Shown here one piece after another: positions 40,667-52,667 of a stretch of 64,000 bases of DNA (its first letter is position 1; every line of letters starts with the position of its first letter). This DNA comes from Eledone cirrhosa (lineage: Eukaryota): positions 287,122,001 through 287,186,000 of the forward strand of contig OZ024743.1 of the NCBI GenBank assembly GCA_964016885.1, in the 5' to 3' direction. The notes under the pieces were generated by a model, which had not been told where the DNA came from, searched no databases, and was given only the letters and a program-made list of their open reading frames with translations. Both the position numbers and the translations under genes were made by a program.

Positions 40667-43600
40667 GCCATAAATGTAGGCACCCTAAAGGGTCGCGCTA
40701 ACGAGGTTGTAGAAATGCTTGAACGTAAGGAGGTCGATGTTTGTTGTATTCAAGAGACCAGGTGGAGGGGTGGGTCTGCTAGGTTCATTGAGGGTAAAAA
40801 ACGTTGTTATAAGCTTTTCTGGGTGGGAAACGACGATGGGCTGGGTGGAGTAGGAATCATGGTAGCAGAAAAGTGGGCAGATAAGATAATAGACGTAAAT
40901 AGAGTGAACGACAGAATAATTAAAATACGACTTGTCCTCAATAGAACTACGGTGACAGTAATATCTGCGTACGCACCCCAATCCGGACTGCCCGGCACTA
41001 TAAAAGACAGATTCTATGAGACACTGATGCTAACTACCTCCCAAATATCCGACAGTGACTATATAATTATCGCAGGCGACCTAAATGGTCACGTTGGACA
41101 ACATTGTGACGGCTACGACGAAATCCATGGAGGCTATGGGTTTGGTACTAGAAATGAGGAAGGCTCCAGAATCCTGGAATTCTGTGATGCAAATAACCTA
41201 ACTATCTGTAACACTAACTTCAAAAAACGTGACAATCACCTGATCACCTATAGATCCGGGGAACACACAAGCCAGGTAGATTATATCCTTACCAGAAGAC
41301 GTGACAGAGTGTCTGTTGTTAACACTAAATCCCTCCCCCATGAAGAATGCACCTCCCAACATAGACTGATAATTAGCGACCTCATAGTCAGGACGAGACG
41401 TACTCGACAACAGAAGAGGACTATCCTCAGGAGGAAAATATGGAAGTTAAAGGACCCCACAGCCAGGAATAAATTTCAAAGCATATTACTTGATGCTTTC
41501 GACAGTAAGGAAGAACATTTAGAGTCGGACAATATAGAGGGAGAGTGGGAATTTCTGAAAGCAAACCTGCTGTTGGCGACAGACGAGGTCTGTGGCTGGA
41601 GCAGGCCTGTAGGCAGGAGGAGAGTAACATGGTGGTGGAACAGTAAGGTGGAGGGGTCAATTAAGGCCAAAAAGCAGGCTTGGAAAGTATGGCGGGATGG
41701 GGGAAGTAGAGAGGACTATCAAGTGGCCAGGAGGGAAGCTAGGAGACAAGTGTACTTAGCAAGAAGGGAAGCTGAGGAAAGAAAGTTCAAGCATGTTCTA
41801 CAACGCGATGACCAAAAACGTGAGGTGTTCAGGATTGCTAGGCAATGCGTCAAGGAAAACCGTGATATTGTCGGGGAGAAGTGTGTACTAAACGACGATG
41901 GCACACTTGCCATCACCGACGCTGATAAGAAGGTAGCTTGGAAGTGTCACTATGAAAGGCTTCTAAATGAGGAGAATAATTGGGAGAAAGGCAGTCTCCC
42001 CCATATCGACCCAATAGAGGGACCAGCAGTGTTAGTCGAGGGGAGTATAATAAGTAAGGCAATCAAGGATATGAAGACTGGTAAGGCGGCTGGGCCTTCG
42101 GAAATAGTTGCTGAGATGCTGAAGGCATCTGGCACGGTGGGACACACCATGGTCACCCGCATAGTTAACCAAGTCGTACAAAACGGGGTTGTTCCGAAGG
42201 ACTGGCATAGCAGCATCATCGTTAACTGTTATAAGGGTAAAGGAGACGCCCTAGATAGGAGTAACTATAGAGGCATTAAATTAATCGACCAGGTCATGAA
42301 GGTCACGGAAAGAGTAATAGCGCAACTAATCAGAGAGAGAATTGACCTAGATGAAATGCAGTTCGGGTTTGTGTCAGGCAAAAGTACCACAGACGCTCTT
42401 TTCATAGTACGACAACTACAAGAGAAGTACCTAGCTAAAGGTAAACCCCTCTACTTAGCTTTTGTCGACTTGGAGAAAGCCTTCGACAGAGTCCCCCGCT
42501 CCATTATCTGGTGGGCTCTTAGAAAACTAGGCGTTGACGAATGGCTTGTGAGGGCTATACAAGCCATGTATAAAGAAACAGTCAGCAAGGTTAGAATTAA
42601 CAACGAATATAGTGAAGAGTTTAGCGTAAAAGTCGGCGTCCATCAGGGCTCTGTTCTCAGTCCACTACTATTTATTATTGCCCTTCAGGCCATAACAGAG
42701 GAGTTCAAGACAGGCTGCCCATGGGAACTCCTATACGCAGACGACCTGACACTCATAGCGGAATCAATGGCCGAGCTAGAGAAGAAATTCCAAACATGGA
42801 AGCACGGCCTAGAGTCAAAAGGACTTAAAATTAACCTGGCTAAGACCAAAGTACTAGTTTGTAGGAAAGAAAACAAGGCGGCGGTCCCTTCTGGGAAATG
42901 GTCGTGCTCGGTGTGTAGGAAAGGCGTAGGTAGAAACTCCATTTTATGTCCTAAATGCAAAGTATGGGTGCATAAAAGATGTAGTGGGATCACAGGTAGG
43001 CTAACTAAGAACATAGATTTTACATGTGGCCGGTGCTCTGGTGCAATAAGTAGCAGCAAGTGCCCACAAACTACTAGCTCTTTCAATTGCGCAGAGGGTT
43101 CTATAGAAATAGTGGACAGCTTCCGTTACCTGGGCGATAAAATCAGCAGTGGGGGAGGGTGCTCTGAAAGTACTGTAGCTAGAGTCAGAACTGGTTGGAA
43201 AAAGTTCAGAGAGCTTATACCACTATTAGCTGCTAAAGGGTTCTCACTAAAAATGAAAGGCAGGTTGTACGATGCCTGCATACGAACAGCAATGCTGCAT
43301 GGCAGTGAGACCTGGGCATTGTGTGCAGAGGATATACGCAGACTAGAGAGGAACGAAGCTTGCATGCTCCGCTGGATGTGTAACAGTAATATACGTGAAC
43401 GGCAAAGCATAAACGAACTAAGGAATAAATTAGAGATAAGAGGGATCAGATGTTGTTTACTCGAGAGAAGGCTACGTTGGTATGGACACGTGATGCGCAT
43501 GAAAGTCGATAGCTGTATAACAAAGTGCAGGGCAATAAAGATAGACGGTAGTCACGGAATAGGCAGACCTAGAAAAACCTGGGACGAGCTGATAAACTCC

Positions 43601-44082
43601 GACATCACACACTTACACCTCTCCAAGACAATGTCACTGGACCGAGACCTTTGGCGGTACTCAGTAACAGAGAAGACCCGCCTTACCTAAATATATAGTA
43701 AAACCTACTCCAGCCAGTAGGCATCTCTAACAAATACACCCCGTCCCACCACCCCCACCCGATCCACACCACCCCGTTCTATGTAAAGTTATGTTGGTGC
43801 CGCGCCATCGAGGCCGAAACAAATGAGATCGTGTAGGTGTCACGACAAAAAAACACACAGTCCACGCTGTAATGTGGCCGTGTAGGCAACACGGTAAAAA
43901 CCTCCCAGACCCACACTGTAAATGTGGTTGGTGTTAGGAAGGGCATCCAACTGTAGAAAACCTGCCAGACAGTCCTATGCGAGCAAGACAATCACTCTTG
44001 CCTCAAGTGGGACTACCCCCGTCCAAACCCATGCAAGCGTGGAACACGGACGTTAAACGCTGATGATGATGATGATGATGAT
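40667..44082 (+). mobile_element. RTE LINE copy B, near-complete uninterrupted ORF, antisense in TAB1 intron 1
   Basis: Open from INVGTL (start of the APE domain) to the stop at 43690; near-identical to copy A; UTR and (GAT)n tail. The listed ORF N-terminus (40388-40666) is microsatellite. Confidence 0.97.
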
Positions 44083-44280
44083 ATATATATATATATATTT
44101 ATTTTATATATATGTGTGTGTGTGTATGTGTGTGTGTATATATATCTTTATATATGTGTATGTGTATGTTTGTGTAGGTGTGTGTGTGTGTGTGACTATA
44201 TATGTATGTGTGTATGTATGTATGTGTATGTGTGTGTACATGTATGTATGTGTATGTATATATATGTGTATATATGTATG

Positions 44281-44315
<35 letters not shown>

Positions 44316-44787
44316 GTATATGTATCTCTATTTGTATGTGTATATGTGTATATGTATATACCTTTTTCTTTGTATGTCTGAGTTGTGTGAGAGTGTAGTG
44401 GTGTTTGTATGTATATACCGATATATGGATGCGTAAGTATTTGTATATATGCGTATATATAAGTACGTATGTGTGGGTGAATATATATCTATGTCTATGT
44501 ATGAGTATGTATGTGTGTGTATGTATGTGTGTATGTGTGTATGTATATATGCATGTCTGTATGTATATGTGTGTATATATATGTATGTATGTGTATGTCT
44601 GTATGTATATAAGTATGTATATGTGCGTGTATGTGTATATATATGTGTGTCTATATATGTGTGTGTGTATATATGTGTATATATGTGTGTATATATATAT
44701 ATATATATGTATGTGTGTATATGTGTATATATATATATATGTATATGTTTATATATGTGTGTGTGTGTGTGTTGTATGTGTAGATGA

Positions 44788-44834
<47 letters not shown>

Positions 44835-45200
44835 CTTGATATATTTCTTTTTTCTTTTTTCTTTTTCTTTTCTTTTCTTTTTATTTCTAAGTTTATAGAT
44901 ACATCTATAAATAAGCAGTCTGCCCAAACAGTTGAATACTGACCTCTCCCCCCCTCCCACCTAATTTCTGTATCTTGATCTAAATGTGTGTGGCAGTGTT
45001 TATGTGAGTGAATTAATATCCATGTGCTTATGATAATATTATATCCACATATATATGTGTGTGAGGGTGTGTGTGTGTATGTATGTTCGTAATTATGTGT
45101 ATGTTTATGCATATACGCGCGCGTGTGTGTGAGTGTACGGATATGTGTGAGTATGAGAATATGTGTATACACTTATTTCATATTTATGTGTCTATACGCA
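44083..45200. repeat. (TA)/(TG) low-complexity tract
   Basis: Alternating purine-pyrimidine repeats; part of it duplicates 40300-40620. Confidence 0.9.
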
Positions 45201-45444
45201 TTTTATCTGTGGATTATAAGCTTACAGAGACATTAGCCTTGAATTTTTGTATTTGCATACATCTTTTTGGCATGCGTATGCATGTTGAGCATATATCTTT
45301 GTATAAATATGTGTACGGGGTTAGTTACATGTATATACACACACCAAACTGCATAAAACTTTTTGTATTTTCATTGGTCAATTTTGAACTCCGTTCCCAA
45401 ACGGACCTGAAATTTTGAATTGTTGTTATTATCAATAAATATAT

Positions 45445-45599
45445 TTCATTATTTCTGAAGACGGCATATATGTGTGTTTGGTATGTATATTTAATCTTGA
45501 TAGTTTGTATAATTTTGTATAATTTTGTACATAGATCTGTTGAATATGCATGCCAATTCTAACACATATATATCCTAGAAACGATCGTTAAATAATGAA
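45445..45599 (+). ncRNA. Type I hammerhead-ribozyme-like fold with long stem II (probable PLE terminal repeat)
   Basis: TTCATTATTT-CTGAAGA-[hairpin]-GAA-ACGATCGT-T-AAATAATGAA. Perfect 10-bp stem I and palindromic stem III; base of stem II is imperfect. Confidence 0.7.
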
Positions 45600-46379
45600 C
45601 TTTTTTTGTTTAATATAAGGAACTGTTTCATTGTTTTATTCATTATTTGTTTAATATTTTATCTTGACTCTGTATTCCGTTTATCTTTCACCGAAAGTGA
45701 TTTTTCATTACATCTCTTCTTTCCATGATATCCGGAATACATTGAGTTCTTCATACGGATTGGACACTACCGTAAACTCTTGGTAGATTTATCTACATAT
45801 ATATATATATATTGTAAATGTGGTTGGTGTTAAGAAAGGCATCCAACTGTAAAATATCCAGCCAAATTTAGTCTTAGCCGAGCAAAGTGCAACATGGTAA
45901 TCTCTGGCCAGATTTGCCTCCGAGAGTGAACGACCTGTCTAACCTATGCAAGTATGGAATAATGGACACTAAACGGTGATGATGATATCAAAAACTGAAA
46001 CACACAAGACAATGGATCTCTGTTGGTTTCAATAAGTATTTCAGTTGTTCAATTAACTAAGCTACACACTCATTAAATTAGTGTAAGTAGTTGAGTATTC
46101 TACAGATAAGTGTACCCTTAATGCAATCCTCGGGTAGAATCAGCTTGACACAGTAAAGAAAACTTAGCCATTCAGTCATAGTCATGCTTGTGTTAATTTT
46201 ATATATTCACCAGGAAATGAGATAGGTAGATGGTTGCAAATGCTAAAACTGTTCTTAGTTTAAAATGAACCATCCAACATAAATTGGTGATTAGTAATTT
46301 AAGAGTATAAGCTATATGCATAGAGAAACTTAAATCAGCATGGAGAAGGAGGATATGAAAGCTTATAAAGCCACCAAAC

Positions 46380-47755
46380 AGTTGTGGGTTTAGAGATGCA
46401 CCAGAAGAAACTCCTTGGCGAAGAGGAGGAATTAGAGTGCTATAACATGGGGGATAAGTGGAAACTCTTAGGAGATAAACTATTGAGGGTTATAGATTAG
46501 ATTTATGGTTGGGGGAAGGTACCAGCTAGACAGGTGGTGATATGGTGGTGGAATAGTAATGTAGCTAGGACCATAAAAGCTAAGAGACAGGTTTCAAAGG
46601 TCTGGAAGCATGAGGTAAAAGATAGAAATAGCAAGTAGTTAAAAGAGCAGTTAAACATCTGATTTACTTGACGTCGAAAATAAGAAGATTGCAAATGTTC
46701 TGTAGTGTAAAAGGATCAAAGGTGTAAGGTATTCTAGATTGCAAGGCAGTGTACTGCAGAGAACCCAAATGTTGTAAGGAGTAGAAGTGTGTAAAGAATG
46801 ACAGTAGCACAGTTATACTTACTGATGGAGAAAAGAAAGACATGGAAATGCTATTGCAAGAAGTTGCCAAATGAAGAGAATCCATAAGAGAGTGAGAGCA
46901 TACCCCAAGTAGACCCAACTAAGGGACTAGCCAGCAAAGTTAGCAGCAGTATGGTAGATAAAATATTGAAGATAGGAAAACAAAGACTAAAACTCTAGTA
47001 AGTAGGAAGAAAGACAGAACTCTGTTACCAACAGGAGAATGGATGAGCTCAATATGCAGAAAAGGAGTAAGTAGAAACTCTATATGATGTACATGAATTG
47101 TAGTGGGATCACAGGTAGGCTGACAGAAGGTAGACTTCATGTGTGACAGGTGTAATCAGAAGTAATCAGCACACATGAAATAAACTCCCTCAAATGCTCA
47201 AACGTTTCACAAGAAATAGTCGTAAGCTTTTGCTACCTAGGTGACTTCATTAGTATGAGAGGTGTATGTACCAAAACCATAGTAGCTACAGTGAAATCCA
47301 GATGGAAGACATTCAGGGAGTTGCTACCTCTGCTAGAAACAGATTGTAGGATAGTAGGTTGCTTAGTCTAAGCTGTTATGCTACATGGTAGCAAAATATG
47401 GGTATTGAAAGCAGAGGATTTGCGACAGCTAGAATGAAAGAAGCATACATGCTCTGCTGGATATGTAAAGTTAGTGTGCATGAATGATGGAGCACAAATG
47501 GATTGAGGGAAATGCTGAATATAAGAAAAATCAGATATAATGTGCAAGAAGGAAGACTGTACAGGTATGAAAATGTGATGCATGGAAGATAACAGTTATA
47601 TCGAAGTGTCGAACATTTAAAGTACATGGAATTCGTGGAGACCACAGAAGACCTGGAATAAAGTAGTGAAGATTGATCTAAAGATGGAGATGACATGGGC
47701 ATGATGCATGGCAACTCACTGTTCTGGCGAAGACTGCCTACTTGTATAAACACAG
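46380..47755 (+). pseudogene. Highly decayed RTE LINE
   Basis: Patchy nucleotide homology to copy B, including ggtggtggaatagt, agaaaaggagtaagtagaaactc and tgtagtgggatcacaggtaggct. Confidence 0.75.
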
Positions 47756-48508
47756 CAGTACAATAATTAAAAATGCAAGGGGTGGTAGTGATGGAGGTTA
47801 GAATTTATTTGAAACCAATTTTTCTAAGGCCCTATTATGACACCCACCACACCATGTGAGGAACAGGAAAACTGTAGAGGGAGGACACCTGATCTAATCA
47901 CTCCACTATCTTCCATTACTTATTCTCATCATCTCTATCACTACCATTAGATCTACACTGCTTTCTCACACCATTTCCTTTTATCCTGACATTAGATCTG
48001 ACCGTTTGACTCCGATCATGCTCTCTCTTTGAAACTCTTGGAGAGGATCCTTTAGGTAGAAAGGACATTTTGGGTAGAGAGGACTTTTTGGTTCTGTCAA
48101 AGACATGACAGCCAATTTAGTGCTGGTTTCACAATAAAATGCACCCACCACATTCTGTAAAGTGCTTAGTGCTGAGCTTGTGGGGTTGAATACAATATGG
48201 GTGATGTGGGTAGGAGTGACAAGTCAGGAGTACTTGAGAAGTGGCATGAGACAAGCCAGTTTTGAGAAGCAAACCATTGAAATAGTAGAGGGGGAAACAG
48301 TAAATCAGTGGGTCAGAGGCTGGGATGTGCTTGTGAGTGTGATTTAAGGCTATTTTCCCTATTAAAGCAGAGGTTAGCTAGCCAGGCTTCATAACAGGTT
48401 TAATCATACTTATAGGGCTCTTTTTTAAGAATGGACTCCTAAGGCTCTGGTAGTGGTGTTAAACAAAGCAAGAGATTAAATCTATCCCCCAAGTAAGCCA
48501 CAGCAGAA

Positions 48509-48881
48509 TTGTCGAAACTGGAGAAAAAGCTAGATGGGGCATACACACGTATGCTCCGCGCTGCTTTAAACATGTCTTGGAGGGAACATCCAACAAATAA
48601 GGATCTCTATGGCAATATACCACCTATCAGCAGGTCAATACGTGGACAGAGACTCAGATTTGCTGGCCACTGTTGGCGCAGCAAGAAATAGCAGGTGATG
48701 TGTTGTTATGGAGTCCATCTCATGGAGCAAGAAACGCTGGTCGTCCCAAGAAGACATATATCAAGCAACTTGAGGATGATACTGGATGCACTGCGGAAGA
48801 ACTGGCAAACGCTATGAGAGACAGAGATGGATGGAGGAAACGTGTCGTAGAAAGCCGAGCAAGCTCGACCTGATGATGATG
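48509..48881 (+). mobile_element. 3' fragment of a distinct RTE family
   Basis: LDGAYTRMLRAALN.SW..H.TN..LYG...LRFAGHCWRS...GRP..TYI.QL..DTG...M.DRDGWR, ending directly in (TGA)n. Confidence 0.85.
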
Positions 48882-49159
48882 TATCATAGAAATAACTTGG
48901 TATGCATAATCCACAACACACTTTCAATTTCTGATTGTACCTATTTTATTTAATCTTTTTTTTTTGCTTATATTTTTGGAAAAAGCATGAACATAACACA
49001 ATCACTTTTTATTTATGCAGTTTTCGAACTGTGACAAATTGAGGTTTTGTGAAATCTATTAATTTATTAATTCTTAGTGTCCTGTACTACATGAAACTGT
49101 ATTAGCAAAACATTCTCAAGTATTTTCTGCTCAATCATTACAGGATGTTAAGTGTAAAT

Positions 49160-50237
49160 GGCCCCTATGCTGTTCAACATTTACACATATGACCAGCCGC
49201 AGTCCCACAATATTCGTAGATTCATATATGCGGATGATCTCTGCATCGCAACACAGTCAGGCTCCTTTGACACAATCGAGGAAAGACTATCAAATGCCCT
49301 GACAACTCTCTGCATACTACAAAAAATGGTACCTTAACGCTAATGCCAGCAAAATGCAGATGTGTGCCTTCCATCTTAACAACCACCAAGCAACCAGGAA
49401 ACTAAAGATCATCAGATGGGGCAACAAGGAACTGGAAAACCACCCTCAGCCAGTTTACTTCGGAGTTGCCCTTGATAGAACGCTCTCCTTCAAACAACAC
49501 AGACAAACTTAAAAGTAAACTGGCAATTAGAAATAATCTCCTCAGCATACTAACCAACACCAGCTGGGGTGCAGATCCCATAATACTGAGCCAAACAGCA
49601 CTGGCACTCTGCTACTCCACCACAGAATATTGTTCACCAGTATGGGCAAGGTCGTGTCATGCAAACAGAGTTGACCCAGAGTTGAACAAATCATGCCAGA
49701 TGATCACCGGAACATTAAAAGCAACTCCCCTTCCAGCCGTATACACTCTTGCCGGCATTCCACCGCCCCACATACGACGTGAGGTCAACGCAAAAAACTG
49801 AACGGTACAAACAACAACACAATCCCAGGCATCCACTCTATGGCCACCAGGAAATAAGAAGATGATTAAAATCTCGAAAAAGCTTCCTAACCGTGGATAG
49901 CCTGGAGCATGCACAATCAGTGGCTTACAGGTTGGAAAAATGGAGGGAGAGTGACCGCCGCCCACCCAACGCAGCTTTACCAAGCCCAAATGAAAGCTTC
50001 CCCAATGGAACATCTCTTAGCAGAAAGGACTGGGTAACCCTAAACAAGGCCAGAGCCAAAACGGGCAAAACTGGAGACAACCTCCACAAGTGGGGATTTG
50101 CCACCTGCGCTGAGTGCCCCTGCGGCGAGACCTCTCAGACCATAGCCCACATCCTCCGACCAAGACCTGATGGAAGCAAACGACGCTGCATTTCAATGGA
50201 TACGGCACTGGCACGACAAGATATGATGATGATGATG
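49160..50237 (+). mobile_element. 5'-truncated Vingi/Ingi-like LINE
   Basis: PMLFNIYT.D, YADD, GV.LDRTLSF, WGAD...TALALCYST.EYC.PVW and a terminal C.CG...QT..HI knuckle; (GAT)n tail; AAGTGTAAAT TSD at 49150-49159 and 50238-50247. Confidence 0.8.
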
Positions 50238-50329
50238 AAGTGTAAATAACCCAATATGACGAGGAATGATAAAGTTAGTGCTGGCAAGTCATAAGCTAAA
50301 GAAAAATAGTTCCTGAGTTTTATATTTGA

Positions 50330-50988
50330 TACCTTTTTGATACCAACCCACCCTTAATTCTTTGTTACAAAACTCTTTGTTTTAAAGCGTTTATGTTTAT
50401 CTAAAAACATTTCATCATAAACAACTTAATACTGAGAACGTTAGTTATTTTATTAGATCTCTCAAAATTTTTTTTATAATTTTAAAATTTCTGAAAAATC
50501 ATAATCAGTGTCATTTATTTCATTAGAAATATAGCAACAAAAGGGTTAATACATAAAAATCTGATTTGAATGTATGTTATTGCTAGCTGTTACAAGTTAT
50601 ATCAACAGAATAAAACAGCTTTTGAACTACAACAAATCATTGGGAACTTGTGAAATTCATTAATTTATTAATAAACCAATGTGACTACAGACCTGTGACA
50701 GACAAGTGTCCTGTACATTTAGTTGCTTGACCCTTCTGTTACCATATCTCAAATGAAATAAACTGTATATATTTCAATAAAATTTGAAAATAATGAAGCA
50801 TGTAGAGGTATTTAGTAACAGCTTAACTTTCTCATTATTAAGCTGATGTTTGGAACATTACTTAATAAAAGGTCCTTAAATAAAATTATGATGGAAGGTT
50901 TTAATATAAACATTAAAACTTTAAAATAGACAATTTTATATCATTAAACCAGGGGAGGTTTCAAGAGTGTTAGTATCAAAAGGGTTAA
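50330..50988. mobile_element. Two old piggyBac-type MITEs (second family)
   Basis: Ends ACCTTTTTGATACCAAC...CAAAAGGGTTAA (~50330-50548) and CCCTTCTGTTACCATAT...TCAAAAGGGTTAA (~50731-50988); a relative lies near 30035-30297. Confidence 0.55.
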
Positions 50989-51884
50989 TGCCAGTGAAAC
51001 TGGAATAAGCTCCAGGTATCCTCCAATCAATGCAAGTATGGAAAAGCAGATGGAAAACGATAACACTAATTCTCAATGTGATAAGGATAGGTCTGATAGG
51101 AGTATGATAGGGTTGAGGCCCCAATCATTAAAATATCTAAAAAATCTCGGAGATGCAACCTCAAAGGAGGCAAGCTAAACCTATACAGATGTGAGCCATA
51201 ATAACAACTAGTAAGAGTTTGGCTGATTCATCAAATAAGATGCTTTTTAATGAGTCAAGACTATATAGTAGAGTTGTCTTAGTCATATAACTGCATCTTT
51301 CATCATACAGTTTACCTGGCTGTAAATTAGTTAGCAAGACAGGTGTAAATGATAGTAGTAGTTGTTGGTAATCTGCCAGGAAGTTGATTTGTTGTTGTGG
51401 TGGTTGTACAATCAGACCTAGGATCTGCAATTAAGTGGGTATTTGATATTGATCTATATAGTACAACAAATATAAACAGACAATTTTCACCTGGTTTGGA
51501 TCATGATGCTTATTCAGTCATGTGATGTGATTTTATAGGGTAAAGGCTATAATGCTGGGGTGACTGTAGCAGAAGTAGATATAGATTGGCCAGTGGTATT
51601 ATTATTATCATCATCATTTAACAGCCACTTTCTATGCAAGCATGGGTTAGATAGGTTCTCACATTATGAGACAAATCAGGTCAGAAGTAATTAAATTAAC
51701 AATTTTATATTTTATAAACATCAAATAAAATTTGTTGGTTTGGTCACACATTTCAGAACCCATGAGGTGAACAGCTGAAAACATGGATTGGAATGATCAA
51801 ATTGGATCTTGAACTAATATCTTGTTTTTTGCATATATGGTGTCCACTGATGGAATCACGACTAGCTGACAATAGCTGTATCAA

Positions 51885-52105
51885 GGGCGGTGGATTGGCA
51901 GTATCGGAAGCGGGTCGGACGCCATGCTTTGCAGCAAAGAGTTACGGCCCTTTATGATCTCAGTTCAAATCCCGCCAAGGTTAACTTTGCCTTTCATCCT
52001 CTTGGGGTCGATAAAATAAAGTACCAGTCACGCACTGGGGTCGATTTAATCGACTTTCCCCTCCCCCAAAATCACTGGCCTTGTGCCTATATAAGAAACC
52101 AATAT
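51885..52105 (+). mobile_element. Full-length SINE (long variant) with TSD
   Basis: Head GGGCGGTGGATTGGCAG, B box, core and extra GTCGATTTAATCGAC hairpin; CTGTATCAA duplicated at 51876 and 52106. Confidence 0.9.
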
Positions 52106-52667
52106 CTGTATCAAGTGCTTCTAATCACTGTGCATGAGCAGCTTCTATTCATGATGCTGTGGACTTGCTGATTGGAGCCTCTTCAACCCATGTTTGGAAA
52201 ACTTCAACCCAAGTATTATAACAATTTTACAGTCTATCACTGGTGAGAATGTGTGCTGTGGCCATCATGCGGTTTGTTGGCTGGGTCATTACAGACCAAA
52301 TCAAAGGGTCAGGTAACCACCTCTTGCTCAATATGTTCCATTTTTTCATAGTTTTTATGGTTGGATGACTTCCTAACACTCACTTTTCAGTGTACTGGGG
52401 GCATTTTATCATGGCTCCAGCATTAGTCTTTGACATGACTGAAGAGCCGTCTTTATTCTATGTTTTTACCATTCACATTAACCTTGGGGTCCCTTTTAAG
52501 GCAATGTTTTATGGTCAAATGCCCTTCCTGGGCCCAACCTTTTTAATCATTTCTTATGACATATAAGGATACTGTGCAACTATTCTCTCAAAGTATAATC
52601 TCTTCATAGCGTAGTTTCTTTTACAACAGCATAATACTATTTTTATATTGCTATTTAAGTGTGTAGT

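Noticed and set aside
40141-45418. Long Y/I/C/V/M/H/T-rich ORFs and the first ~93 aa of the 1100-aa ORF
   Set aside because: Translations of (TA)/(TG) microsatellite that happen to lack stop codons.
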